Positions 1 to 9,299 of a stretch of DNA of 64,000 bases are shown piece after piece. This DNA is from an uncultured delta proteobacterium (GTDB lineage: Bacteria > Myxococcota_A > Polyangia > Polyangiales > Houyiibacteriaceae), in the NCBI GenBank assembly GCA_963699755.1, contig CAVOVB010000001.1, forward strand, positions 416,001 through 480,000, read 5' to 3'. The first letter of the stretch is position 1, and each line of letters begins with the position of its first letter. The translations under genes were made by a program, and so were the position numbers. Below the pieces are notes generated by a model. It was given only the letters and a program-made list of their open reading frames with translations. It searched no databases and had not been told where the DNA came from.

Positions 1-1
1 C

Positions 2-1456
2 GCCGAGGTCGGAGTCGTTCTTCTTCTCTTCGGGATCGGCCTCGAGCTGTCTCTCGAGCGCCTCCGCCGGCTCTGGAAGGCGGTCGTCCTCGGCGGCGGC
101 ATTCAGGTCACCGTGACCGTCGCGCTCACCGCGCTGGTTGCGAGCTCGTTCGGGCTTTCCCAAGGAGCGTCGGTATTCGTGGGCTTCATCGTCGCCGTAT
201 CGAGCACGGCGGTGGTTCTCCGCGGGCTCTCGCGGCGTGGCGAGCTCAACGCACCGCACGGGCGACTCGCCGTTGGGATTCTGGTCTTTCAAGACCTCTG
301 CGTCGTTCCCATGGTCCTCGCCGTCCCATTTCTTTCCGGCCGAGGCGGTTCGAGTGAAGAAGTGCTTCGCACCGCCGTCACCGTCGTCCTCGTCCTTGCT
401 GGCGTGCTCGCGGCAGGCGTCGTGCTCATTCCACGCGTGCTCGCATTCGTGGCCAAGACTCGAGAGCGCGATCTCTTCGTGCTCACCGTCTTTCTGATTT
501 GCCTCGGCACGGCCTGGCTGCTCTCGCTCGCCGGGATCTCCTTGGCGCTCGGCGCCTTCCTCGCAGGCCTCGTCGTTTCGGGAAGCGAGTTCCGCCATCA
601 GGCCTTGTCGGACCTCATCCCCACGCGTGAGGTCTTCGCGAGCCTCTTCTTCGTCTCGGTCGGCATGCTGCTCGACGTGCCCGATGTACTTGCGCACTGG
701 CTTCCCGTTTCCTGGCTCCTGCTCGCGATCCTCGCCGGGAAGTTCGTCATCGTCCTCGGCACCGCGCTCGCTCTGCGCTTGCCGCTCAACGTCGCGATTC
801 TGTCCGCGGCGACCCTCAGTCAGGTGGGCGAGTTTTCGTTCGTGCTTCTCAAAGCGGCCTCCGGGACAGATCTGCTCACGGCATCGTTCTCCCACATCTT
901 GCTCGTGGCCATCGTCCTCTCCATGCTTCTGACCCCTCTAGCCATCAGGTTCGGCCCGCACCTCGCGAGCGGGGCCGGTCGCTTTACCTGGCTCAATCGC
1001 CGCCTCGGAGCGCCGCCGCCAGGCGTCGACACGCAGGAGCCACACAGCGACCATGTCATCGTTGCGGGCTACGCGATCACGGGACGAGCGGTTTGCCAGG
1101 CCCTTCGCGACGCCGGGGTCCGATACATCGCCGTGGATATCAACCCAGACAACGTGCGTGAAGCCCGGGCCGCAGGAGATCGAGTCGTCCTCGGCGACGT
1201 CACTCAGCACGAGCTCCTCGAAGAGCTCGGCTGCTCGCAGGCACGCCTCGTCATCTTGAGCATCAATGACCCAAGGGCCGCGGAGCGTGCCGCGCGGACG
1301 ATTCGTCATGCCGCACCCAAGGTTCCCATTCTTGCGAGAGCCCAGTATGTCATGGACAGGGACGCGCTCCTCGCCGCCGGCGCCACCACGGTCGTCACCG
1401 CCGAGGAAACCGCCAGAGACGCCATCGTGAGGACGCTTCGGCTGCCGAAGGCCTAG
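2..1456 (+). CDS. Kef-type K+/H+ antiporter (CPA2 family) with C-terminal TrkA-N (KTN) domain; 5' end lies before the window
   Basis: Frame open from base 2 (AEVGVVLLLFGIGLEL); CPA2 motifs SSTAVV, LVFQDL, ALGAFLAG, FFVSVGM, SQVGEFSF; Rossmann HVIVAGY..GRAV. Confidence 0.9.
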   Translation, partial: AEVGVVLLLFGIGLELSLERLRRLWKAVVLGGGIQVTVTVALTALVASSFGLSQGASVFVGFIVAVSSTAVVLRGLSRRGELNAPHGRLAVGILVFQDLCVVPMVLAVPFLSGRGGSSEEVLRTAVTVVLVLAGVLAAGVVLIPRVLAFVAKTRERDLFVLTVFLICLGTAWLLSLAGISLALGAFLAGLVVSGSEFRHQALSDLIPTREVFASLFFVSVGMLLDVPDVLAHWLPVSWLLLAILAGKFVIVLGTALALRLPLNVAILSAATLSQVGEFSFVLLKAASGTDLLTASFSHILLVAIVLSMLLTPLAIRFGPHLASGAGRFTWLNRRLGAPPPGVDTQEPHSDHVIVAGYAITGRAVCQALRDAGVRYIAVDINPDNVREARAAGDRVVLGDVTQHELLEELGCSQARLVILSINDPRAAERAARTIRHAAPKVPILARAQYVMDRDALLAAGATTVVTAEETARDAIVRTLRLPKA

Positions 1457-1463
1457 CTCAAAG

Positions 1464-2065
1464 CTACGCCGCAGGACGAACGAGCACACTGCCCCAGAGC
1501 ATCGCCCTGTCATCTTCGGCGCGGTTAAACGGCGAATCGGCATCGGCGTCTCCGAAGCTCCGCAGCACGGTCATCGCATCGGGCGCGGCGGCGTGCCTCA
1601 CGGCGGCAAGCAGTCTCTCCCGTACGCTTCGTCCGCTCCATCGAGGATATTCGAAAGCGTGATTCCACCGAAGGTTCCGGGCCGTTCGCTCTCGAGGAAG
1701 CTCGCCGCGTCCGCATGCACGAGGCGAACCTCTCGGGCCTCAGGAGGCGGCGGCTCGACCGAGAGCTCGCCGAGAAGGAGTGAACGCGCGTACGGGTTGC
1801 TGCGGTTTGGATGGAGAGCGAAGCAGCGTTCCATCCGAGCGCGCATCGCCGAGCCTAGGCGCTTCGGGAGTAAGTCGAGCAGCCGCGACGGCCACCAGCC
1901 TGCTAACGGCGCGAAGAATCGCATGAAGTCCATGATGCGCTCGGCCCGCCCACGGAAACCGGGGTCGCCCGCGAATCGACGCTCTCCGTACGTGAGCTGC
2001 ACCGGATTGATGTCGATGGCCACCACCTCGTGCTCGGGCGCGAGCCTCATCGCCTCTTGGCCCAT
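1464..2065 (-). pseudogene. DUF3419/BtaA-like SAM-dependent protein remnant, truncated and frameshifted
   Basis: VVAIDINPVQL..NPYAR..HADAASFLE..LSNILDG, then a frame change near 1615 to RHAAPDAMTVLRSF..DRAMLWG-stop. Confidence 0.55.
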
Positions 2066-2211
2066 CAGGCTCAAGGTGAGAGCCGGTAGGCGTTTCGGAG
2101 CTTCTGACTCTTTCTTAGATCCAAACGGAGGTGTCGCGCGTCCCCTTCGGCGAGAACGGACTGTCGACAAGCGCGACCGTCCTGCGTAATGCAAAGGCCG
2201 GAGGAGCAACG

Positions 2212-3636
2212 ATGAGGACACAACGAGCACTGATCATATGGGCCGCGCTGGTCGTTGGGGCTGCCGACACGGAGGCCGGAGCGGACGACGCTGAGGGCGT
2301 GGCGCTCACCATCTATAACCAGGACTTCGGGGTGGTGCGCGAGAAGCGAACCGTGGACCTCAGGGAGAAGGTTGGGACGATTCGATTCACCGGAGTTGCC
2401 GCCCAGATCGACGGCGCCACCGTGCAGTTCAAATCACTCACCCATCCAGGCACCACGGTACTCGAGCAAAACTACGAATACGATCTGGTCTCCGCAGACA
2501 AGCTGCTCGACAAGCACATCGATCGGTCGATTGCGGTGCTGACCAAGGACGGCTCCCGATACGCCGGGACGCTTCTCAGCTTCGATCCCGCCCAGCTGGT
2601 TCTGCGCCAGGAGCAGAGCGTGGTGATGATCCAGCGCGGCGACAACGTTAAAGACATCCAGCTCGGCGCCTTGCCGGACGGATTGATCACCAAGCCGACG
2701 CTCGTCTGGAAGCTCGCCACGAAGAAGACCGGCCGTCAGTTGGTAGAGGTCGCCTACCAGACCGCTGGGCTCGGATGGCACGCGGACTACAACGCGGTCC
2801 TCAACGAAAAAGACACGGCGCTCGACTTGGGCGGATGGGTGACGATTGAGAATCACTCGGGCGCAACGTATGAGAATGCGCGTCTGAAGCTCATCGCGGG
2901 CGACGTGCGGCGTGTTCAACCGCCCATGCAGATGTATCGCAAGGACATGATGGCCGCCGAAGCCGCGTCCAGCTTCGAGGAAAAGCCCTTCTTCGAGTAC
3001 CACCTCTACACGCTCGGTCGGCAGACGACCGTCGCCGATAACCAGACCAAACAGGTCGAGCTCCTCAAGGCGGCAGACGTACCCGTAAAGACAGTGTTCC
3101 TCTACGACGGTGCACCCCAATACCGCTTCTACGGAGGACTCGTGAGTGACGCGGGCTACGGCAGCGAGCAGTCGAACAGCAAAGTCAGCGTCATTCTCGA
3201 GCTCACGAACTCAAAGCGAAACCACATGGGCATGGCACTGCCGAAGGGCAAGGTGCGGCTCTACAAGCGTGACGAAGCAGACGGGGCGCTCGAATTCATC
3301 GGTGAGGACGAGATCGACCATACGCCGAAGGACGAGACCATTCGGCTGCACATCGGGGATGCGTTCGACGTCGTGGGCGAGCGCAAGCGAACCGACTACA
3401 ACGTCGATACCAGTCGCCACGTCATCACCGAGAGCTTCGAGATCCGCCTTCGGAACCACAAGGACGAACCGGTCGAAGTGCTCGTGAAGGAGACGCTCTA
3501 CCGCTGGAACAACTGGGAGATCGTCAAGGCCTCGGACAAACACGAGAAGTACGATGCCAACGCGGCGCACTTCCGGGTCAAAGTCGGCAAAGACAGCGAG
3601 AAGGTCATTCAGTACACGGTGCGCTACACGTGGTAG
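2212..3636 (+). CDS. Secreted DUF4139/DUF4140 family protein
   Basis: RBS GGAGGAG; signal peptide; LTIYNQDFGVVRE, EQNYEYDL, WHADY, EYHLYTL, LPKGKVRLY; C-terminal YTVRYTW. Confidence 0.85.
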   Translation: MRTQRALIIWAALVVGAADTEAGADDAEGVALTIYNQDFGVVREKRTVDLREKVGTIRFTGVAAQIDGATVQFKSLTHPGTTVLEQNYEYDLVSADKLLDKHIDRSIAVLTKDGSRYAGTLLSFDPAQLVLRQEQSVVMIQRGDNVKDIQLGALPDGLITKPTLVWKLATKKTGRQLVEVAYQTAGLGWHADYNAVLNEKDTALDLGGWVTIENHSGATYENARLKLIAGDVRRVQPPMQMYRKDMMAAEAASSFEEKPFFEYHLYTLGRQTTVADNQTKQVELLKAADVPVKTVFLYDGAPQYRFYGGLVSDAGYGSEQSNSKVSVILELTNSKRNHMGMALPKGKVRLYKRDEADGALEFIGEDEIDHTPKDETIRLHIGDAFDVVGERKRTDYNVDTSRHVITESFEIRLRNHKDEPVEVLVKETLYRWNNWEIVKASDKHEKYDANAAHFRVKVGKDSEKVIQYTVRYTW

Positions 3637-3669
3637 GTCATCGAAGAGTTCTGGCACCCGGACAGTTTC

Positions 3670-3733
3670 AGAATCGCCAGAGCGCCAGATCTCTGTAGTT
3701 TCGATTGCGGAAAGGAACGCGTTTGTAGCGGCT
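3670..3733 (-). repeat. Degenerate inverted copy of the double dif/xrs-like element
   Basis: Minus strand AGCCGCTACAA-acgcgttcc-TTTCCGCAATC followed by GAAACTACAGA-GATCTGG (other copies have spacer GATCTAG). Confidence 0.45.
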
Positions 3734-3764
3734 ATCTTCGCCCATGCGGCGACGTGGGGCTGAT

Positions 3765-3821
3765 AGTCGACACAAACGCTCTTTCCGGTTCACGTCCCTT
3801 CGGCTCGTTGGTGCGACACAA
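3765..3821 (+). repeat. Double dif/xrs-like element, core 1 intact, core 2 degenerate
   Basis: AGTCGACACAA-ACGCTC-TTTCCGGTTCA-CGTCCC, near identical to the copy at 14295/15791; second D-like arm GTGCGACACAA at 3811. Confidence 0.75.
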
Positions 3822-3861
3822 CGCCGCCGTCGTGCTCTCCAGCGCCAGCAACGAGCTTCGC

Positions 3862-4167
3862 TCAGAAGCGCTCCGGCCGTAGCACCTGCACGTCGCCGAC
3901 GCTCAGCACACCAACGTGACGGTCGAGGAGTCGGTACAGGTCCTGGAGGGCTTTGTCGATTCTCTCGACGTCGCCAATCGCGATGACGACGACCATTTCC
4001 TGAGTGGTGGAGAGGTCGCCTTCGCTACGCCAGTGCGTGCTGCCGCCGAAGCCCGCCATCGCGGGCAGCACCGTGTATCCCGTGAGCTCGGCGTCCTCGA
4101 GGATGTTGCATGCCCGCGTGAGCGCCATTCGCTCGACGATCAGCTCGAGTCTGCGTTTGTCGTGCAT
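3862..4167 (-). CDS. sbtB: PII-like regulator SbtB
   Basis: 101 aa, KRRLELIVE..GYTV..GFGG..VQVLRPERF, directly downstream of sbtA. Confidence 0.8.
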   Translation of the reverse strand: MHDKRRLELIVERMALTRACNILEDAELTGYTVLPAMAGFGGSTHWRSEGDLSTTQEMVVVIAIGDVERIDKALQDLYRLLDRHVGVLSVGDVQVLRPERF

Positions 4168-4176
4168 CGCGTCCTC

Positions 4177-5160
4177 CTAGCCTGTCACCCACTGCGCCGC
4201 GAGGATGTAGAGAGGTATCCCGACCGTGAGATTGAAGGGAAACGTAACACCCAGCGACAGGGTGAGGTAGATGTACGGCCGCGCCTCGGGAAGCGCGAGC
4301 CTCATCGCTGCCGGTACCGCGATGTACGACGACGACGCGGCCAGCGTGATGAAGAGGGCGGCGTCGCCCGTTGAAATCGGGAGCAACGCGCAGACGAGGG
4401 TCGCTATGGCACCCGAGATGAGCGGCATGTAAAGCCCGAACGCGACGGTCGTGAGCCCGAGCATCTTGTAGCCCTTCCGAAGCCCGCGTCCTGCAGCGAG
4501 GCCCATGTCGAGGAGGAAGAGGCAGAGCACCCCCTGGAGTGGAGTGACGAAAAACGGCTCGACCTTCGCCATGCCCTGGGTTCCCGTCACCCACCCGATG
4601 ATGAGGGAGCCGATCAGAGTGACGACGGATGCATTGAGGGCGACCTCGCGAAAGAGCTCCTGGGGACCGCCACCGGGCTCGTCTTCGCCGCGGGTTCGCT
4701 CGCGGCGAACGAGCAGCAGGGCCGTCATGATCGCGGGCGTTTCCATCAACGCCGCGGCGGCCACGAGAAAGCCGGAGCTCTCGACGCCAGCAAGTGATAC
4801 GGCCTGCGTCGCGGCGACGAACGTGACGATGGAAATCGAGCCGTAGTGGGCGGCGGTCGCGGCGGCGTCCATGCGGCCAAGACGAGTCGTCAGGCGGAGC
4901 AGCGCGTAGGCCACCAGAGGGATCAGGAAGGAGAGGGCGATGGCGGAACCCATCACGGCCAACACCTCGGCGCTCAGCCCGCTCTTCGACATCTCGACGC
5001 CGCCCTTGATGCCGATGGCCATCATCAGGTAGATGGCGATTCCCTTGGCGAAGGCTTCGGGAATGGCCATGTCCGAACGCGCGAGCGCGGCCGTGAGACC
5101 GAGGACGAAAAAAAGGACCACCGGGGAGAGGATGGTCGCGAGGGCAAGCTCGAGCGCCAT
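4177..5160 (-). CDS. sbtA: Sodium-dependent bicarbonate transporter family permease SbtA
   Basis: YLMMAIGIKGG, AAHYGSISIVTF, METPAI, LFLLDMG, ASSSYIAVPAAMR, SLGVTFPFNL. Confidence 0.92.
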   Translation of the reverse strand: MALELALATILSPVVLFFVLGLTAALARSDMAIPEAFAKGIAIYLMMAIGIKGGVEMSKSGLSAEVLAVMGSAIALSFLIPLVAYALLRLTTRLGRMDAAATAAHYGSISIVTFVAATQAVSLAGVESSGFLVAAAALMETPAIMTALLLVRRERTRGEDEPGGGPQELFREVALNASVVTLIGSLIIGWVTGTQGMAKVEPFFVTPLQGVLCLFLLDMGLAAGRGLRKGYKMLGLTTVAFGLYMPLISGAIATLVCALLPISTGDAALFITLAASSSYIAVPAAMRLALPEARPYIYLTLSLGVTFPFNLTVGIPLYILAAQWVTG

Positions 5161-5185
5161 GATGCCGCCGTCTACACGCTTCTAA

Positions 5186-5286
5186 GCGAGAAACAAGCGC
5201 TCATCCCCGGATGTTGTAACCGCCGTCGACGTTTCGCACGTCCCCCGCGATTCGTGTCCTCAGATCGAGCAGGTGGGCCACCTCGG
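5186..5286 (+). repeat. Degenerate copy of the double dif/xrs-like element
   Basis: GCGAGAAACAA-GCGCTC..CGTCGACG..CCCCGCGATT then tail TCGTGTCCTCAGATCGAGCAGGTGGGCCA resembling TCGGCGCTCATCTTGAGCCCGGTGGGCCA. Confidence 0.4.
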
Positions 5287-5466
5287 TGGCGAGGTCCTCC
5301 GGCAGTGCATTGCTCAGCGGGCTGAGCTCGCGGCACAGCGCCTCGGTTTCAGAGAGCTCTTGGATGATGCGTTCGAGCGCAGCCTTGGCGACCCCGACGT
5401 TCTTGTAGGTCGCCGTACCGGTCGCTCACGGGCGCTGGCGCCGGGTCCGTGCTACCCCGCGCGGCG

Positions 5467-6441
5467 ATGGAACGGCTCGAGGCGAACGCTCGGGACTTGG
5501 AAAAAGCGGCCGAAATTCTTCGCACGGGCGGCCTCGTCGCGTTTCCGACCGAGACGGTGTACGGCCTCGGGTCTCGCGCGGACGACCCCAGGGCGGTGGG
5601 GCGCATCTTCGAGGCGAAGGGAAGGCCGAGCGACCATCCGCTCATCGTTCACCTCGCGCGCAAGGAATGGCTGCCCTCGTGGGCCAGCGAGGTTCCGGCC
5701 GAGGCCTCCGTCCTCGCGGAGCGATTTTGGCCAGGGCCCCTCACGCTCATCCTCCCGCGGCGCGAGTCGGTGCCGGACGTCGTGACTGGCGGTCAGCCCA
5801 CCATCGGCCTTCGCGTCCCCAGGCACCCGGTCGCGCTCGACCTTCTCGACCGCGTGGGCGTCGGACTCGCCGCGCCGTCGGCGAACCGATTCGGACATGT
5901 GAGCGCGACGACCGCGGACCACGTCGAACACGACTTCGGCGAGACCATCGACGCCGTTGTCGACGGAGGCCCCTGCGCCGTCGGCCTCGAATCCTCGATC
6001 GTCGACCTCAGCGGTGAGGAGCCGAGGCTCCTGAGGCCCGGTGCCGTCCTGCGCGGCGAGCTCGAAGACGCCCTCGGCCGCCCGCTCGGCGAGCCCACCG
6101 ACACGGCGCCGAGAGTGCCTGGCGCCTTGGCTTCGCACTACTCGCCGAAGACGCCGCTCACTCTCGTCGAGGAGAACCAACTGCCGCGCCAGGTGGAACA
6201 AAGCGCTGGAACACTTTGCGTCCTCGCCGCGGCTCATCCCGACCCGAGCTCCTCTCGACTGAGCTGGATCGAAATGCCAACCGACCCCCACGGCTACGCG
6301 CGGGCACTCTACGACACACTTCGACGCGCCGACCGCGCCCGCGCCGACCGCATCCTCGTCGCGCTCCCCGGCAGCGGCCCCGAGTGGTCGCCGATCCTCG
6401 ACCGATTGACCCGCGCCGCCCAGGTTGGGGAAACGGACTAG
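5467..6441 (+). CDS. sua5: L-threonylcarbamoyladenylate synthase (Sua5 type)
   Basis: VAFPTETVYGLG, KGRPSDHPLIVH, FWPGPLT, APSAN, GLESSI, PG..SHYSP plus SUA5 C-terminal domain. Confidence 0.95.
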   Translation: MERLEANARDLEKAAEILRTGGLVAFPTETVYGLGSRADDPRAVGRIFEAKGRPSDHPLIVHLARKEWLPSWASEVPAEASVLAERFWPGPLTLILPRRESVPDVVTGGQPTIGLRVPRHPVALDLLDRVGVGLAAPSANRFGHVSATTADHVEHDFGETIDAVVDGGPCAVGLESSIVDLSGEEPRLLRPGAVLRGELEDALGRPLGEPTDTAPRVPGALASHYSPKTPLTLVEENQLPRQVEQSAGTLCVLAAAHPDPSSSRLSWIEMPTDPHGYARALYDTLRRADRARADRILVALPGSGPEWSPILDRLTRAAQVGETD

Positions 6442-6446
6442 CCCCG

Positions 6447-6543
6447 AGTCGCTACCCGTCCTCCATCGAGGTTTGCCCGGACATCCAGCTCCATTAGCAC
6501 AGCGAAGCTGGGCGTTTGCGACGAGCCCGACGGGCTAAGAGAG
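6447..6543 (+). repeat. Degenerate full-length (97 bp) copy of the double dif/xrs-like element
   Basis: Starts AGTCGCTAC, ends TAG-CACAGCGAAGC plus 35-nt tail TGGGCG..GAGCCCGACGGGCTAAGAGAG; same length as the clear copies. Confidence 0.55.
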
Positions 6544-6634
6544 CGCCGGCCTGCTTGAGTCCCGCCGTTTCCTTATCCCTGGCTAGTCTGAGCGTTTTCG
6601 CTTGCGCGTGGCACACTCGAATGGTAGTGAATTC

Positions 6635-6653
6635 GCAATTGATTTTCACTTTC
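6635..6653. promoter_or_regulatory. Putative Fur box upstream of the iron-uptake operon
   Basis: GCAATTGATTTTCACTTTC, 13/19 to GATAATGATWATCATTATC; AT-rich patch just before the RBS. Confidence 0.55.
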
Positions 6654-6667
6654 AATAAGGACCCACG

Positions 6668-8125
6668 ATGACCCCTTCAGGACAGCGGAAAGTCTTGGTT
6701 TTCTTGGCAGTGTCCGCGTCCTTCGCCGGCTGCGGGGGCGGCGTCAACGATGGCGGAGAGACCCCGACCACTTACAGGTTCGAGCGCAGCGAGGAATCCA
6801 CCGTCGCCTACCTCGGTCAGAGCACCCGACAGCTGCTGATCAAGGACCTGGTCGGGCTGATGAAGGAGATCAGCGCCGAGGTGCTAGGCGGCCAGAACCT
6901 CGAGCGCTACGACACGCCGGAAGAGGTCGTGGCGTTTCTGACGCCGCTCTACGAGCTGGGCGGATTGGCGGACCCGAGTCGCGCGATTCCCGACCTCGTC
7001 GCCGAGGGGGATACGACGCTGCAGAGCACGTATGCAGACTTCAACGATGCCAACCTGCAGGAGAAGCTCGCCGGGAACGACGCCGTCACCGACCACGCCG
7101 ATTGGAACGGCGGAGATTTCGTCGGATGGAAGACGTCCAACTTGGTGATCGATGCCCAGGGAAACCGGGCCGCTCCGCAGACTCCCGAGTCGCTCTTGCT
7201 CGGGTTGTTCTGGACCTTCGCGACTCAGGCCTCGGGCGCGGCGACGGGCAGCTTCCCGATCGACGCAGCGACTCCACTCTACTTGACCCCCGACGGGCTC
7301 GATCTCACTCAGCTCCTCGAGAAGTTCCTACTGGGCGCGGTCAATTTCAGTCAGGGCACGGACGACTACCTCGACGATGACATCGACGGCAAGGGCTTGC
7401 TTTCGGCAAACGAGCTCGACGGAGACAACCCGTACACGACGCTCGAGCATCAATGGGATGAGGCCTACGGCTATTGGGGAGCGGCGCGCGACTACAGCGC
7501 TTACACCGACGAAGAGATCGCGGCCGCTGGCGGCCGATCCGATTATCAAAACGGTTATCACGACACAAATGAGGACGGCTTCATCGACCTTCTGAGCGAG
7601 CTCAACTTCAGCGCCTCGGTCAACGCGGCCAAACGCGACCTCGGCAGCGCCCCTAAAGCCCGCACCGACTTCACGGGGCAAGCAGACCTCGCATTTCGAG
7701 CTGGACGCGCCCTCATAAGCGCCGCGTACGAGGCAGGCACGCAGGTGGACCTGGCCGCACTCCAGGCCGAGCGCGACACCGCGGTCCTCGCATGGGAAAG
7801 GGCCTACGCAGCGACGGCCATCCACTACATCAACGAAATTTTGGGCGACATGGACGCCATCGGAGGCGAGGACTACAGCTTTGCCGACCACGCGAAGCAT
7901 TGGTCCGAGCTCAAGGGGTTCGCGCTCGGCTTTCAGTTCAACCCTCGGTCGCCGATGAGCGACGAGGATTTCGCCGCCCTTCACGCAGCAGTTGGAGACT
8001 CGCCAGTCGGCGCCTCGGCGAGCGGTCCCGTCGACAACGAGGCGTATCGAGCACAACTCCTCGATGCGAGAAACGGAATTGGAGATGCTTATGGTTTCGA
8101 TGAAGCGAACGTCACCTCTTGGTAG
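6668..8125 (+). CDS. DUF4856-family acidic lipoprotein (imelysin-like, iron uptake)
   Basis: Lipobox FAGC; VAYLGQ, QLLEKFLLGAVNFSQG.DDYL, LEHQWDEAYGYWG, AIHYIN, HAKHWSELKGF. Confidence 0.8.
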   Translation: MTPSGQRKVLVFLAVSASFAGCGGGVNDGGETPTTYRFERSEESTVAYLGQSTRQLLIKDLVGLMKEISAEVLGGQNLERYDTPEEVVAFLTPLYELGGLADPSRAIPDLVAEGDTTLQSTYADFNDANLQEKLAGNDAVTDHADWNGGDFVGWKTSNLVIDAQGNRAAPQTPESLLLGLFWTFATQASGAATGSFPIDAATPLYLTPDGLDLTQLLEKFLLGAVNFSQGTDDYLDDDIDGKGLLSANELDGDNPYTTLEHQWDEAYGYWGAARDYSAYTDEEIAAAGGRSDYQNGYHDTNEDGFIDLLSELNFSASVNAAKRDLGSAPKARTDFTGQADLAFRAGRALISAAYEAGTQVDLAALQAERDTAVLAWERAYAATAIHYINEILGDMDAIGGEDYSFADHAKHWSELKGFALGFQFNPRSPMSDEDFAALHAAVGDSPVGASASGPVDNEAYRAQLLDARNGIGDAYGFDEANVTSW

Positions 8126-9299
8126 GGTAGCGATCCTACTCGCGCTCGGCACGGCCGTCGTGAGTTGCAGCAGCGATGGCTCGACCGGCGGCGGCGGGAC
8201 TGGCGGAGACATGGGACGACGCGGCGAGGTGCTGGCAGCCCTCGGCGAGAACGTCGTGCTGCCACTGATCGAACGGTTCGCAACGGAGGCGGCGGCGCTC
8301 GAAACGGCGCTTGCGGGCGCCACGACGGACGCCGGCGGCCGCGATGCCGCGCAGAGCGCATGGCGAGAGGCGATGAGCATCTGGCAGGAGCTCGAGATGA
8401 TTCAGCTCGGCCCGCTCGGCTCGAGCCTCAGCGTGATGGGCGGGCAGGATCTGAGGGCGCGCATCTATTCGTGGCCGCTTCTCAATCTCTGCGAGGTCGA
8501 TCGGCAAACGATCGGAGAAAGCTACGACGACCCCGACGCGCTGGCACAGATCTCGGGCGCCCCGATCGGTCTGTGGGCGATCGAGTATTTGTCGTTCACC
8601 GACGACCCGGGCAACAACTGCGCTCCCTTCGACCCGATCAACCAGGAGGGCACCTGGGAATCGATGGCCGACATGGTCCCCGAGCGGCGGCTCACCTATG
8701 CCGCTTCGCTCTCCACGTTGGTCCGTCGTCGGGCTGAAGAGCTCGTCGACGCCTGGTCACCCGCTGACGGCAACTTTCTCGAAGAGCTCAGCAATCCGAC
8801 CCGCAGCGGCTCGGTCTATCGCACTGCGCAAGAGGGGTTGAACGCGATCTCGGATGCGTTGTTTTATCTCGACAGGGAAACCAAGGACATGAAGCTCGGC
8901 GCGCCGTTGGGGATCACCGGCTGCTCGGCCGCGCAATGCCCAGAGGCGCTCGAGTCACAGTGGGCGCTTCGATCCAAAGAGCACGTAATCGCCAATCTCC
9001 GCGGCTTCGAGCTCTTGTTTCTCGGAGGTGACCCAGACGCCGACGATCTCGGCTTCGACGACCTGTTGCGAGACATGGGCGCGGACGGCGTCGCGGACGA
9101 CATGGCAAGCGCGCTGACGGCGGCTATCGCCGCGACCGAGGAAGTTCCAGGAACGTTTCGTGACGCATTGACACAGAACGAAGCAGCGATGACGACGGCG
9201 CACACTGCGCTGATATCCGTCACCGACATCCTCAAGTCCGAGTTTCTTTCGGTTCTCGATCTCGAGGCGCCCGACCGAGCCGCGGGCGACAACGACTGA
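8100..9299 (+). CDS. Imelysin (peptidase M75-like) family lipoprotein
   Basis: Lipobox VVSC; QSAW..W..LE..QLGP, IYSWP, GLWAIEYL, C-terminal GDND. Confidence 0.85.
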   Translation: MKRTSPLGRVAILLALGTAVVSCSSDGSTGGGGTGGDMGRRGEVLAALGENVVLPLIERFATEAAALETALAGATTDAGGRDAAQSAWREAMSIWQELEMIQLGPLGSSLSVMGGQDLRARIYSWPLLNLCEVDRQTIGESYDDPDALAQISGAPIGLWAIEYLSFTDDPGNNCAPFDPINQEGTWESMADMVPERRLTYAASLSTLVRRRAEELVDAWSPADGNFLEELSNPTRSGSVYRTAQEGLNAISDALFYLDRETKDMKLGAPLGITGCSAAQCPEALESQWALRSKEHVIANLRGFELLFLGGDPDADDLGFDDLLRDMGADGVADDMASALTAAIAATEEVPGTFRDALTQNEAAMTTAHTALISVTDILKSEFLSVLDLEAPDRAAGDND

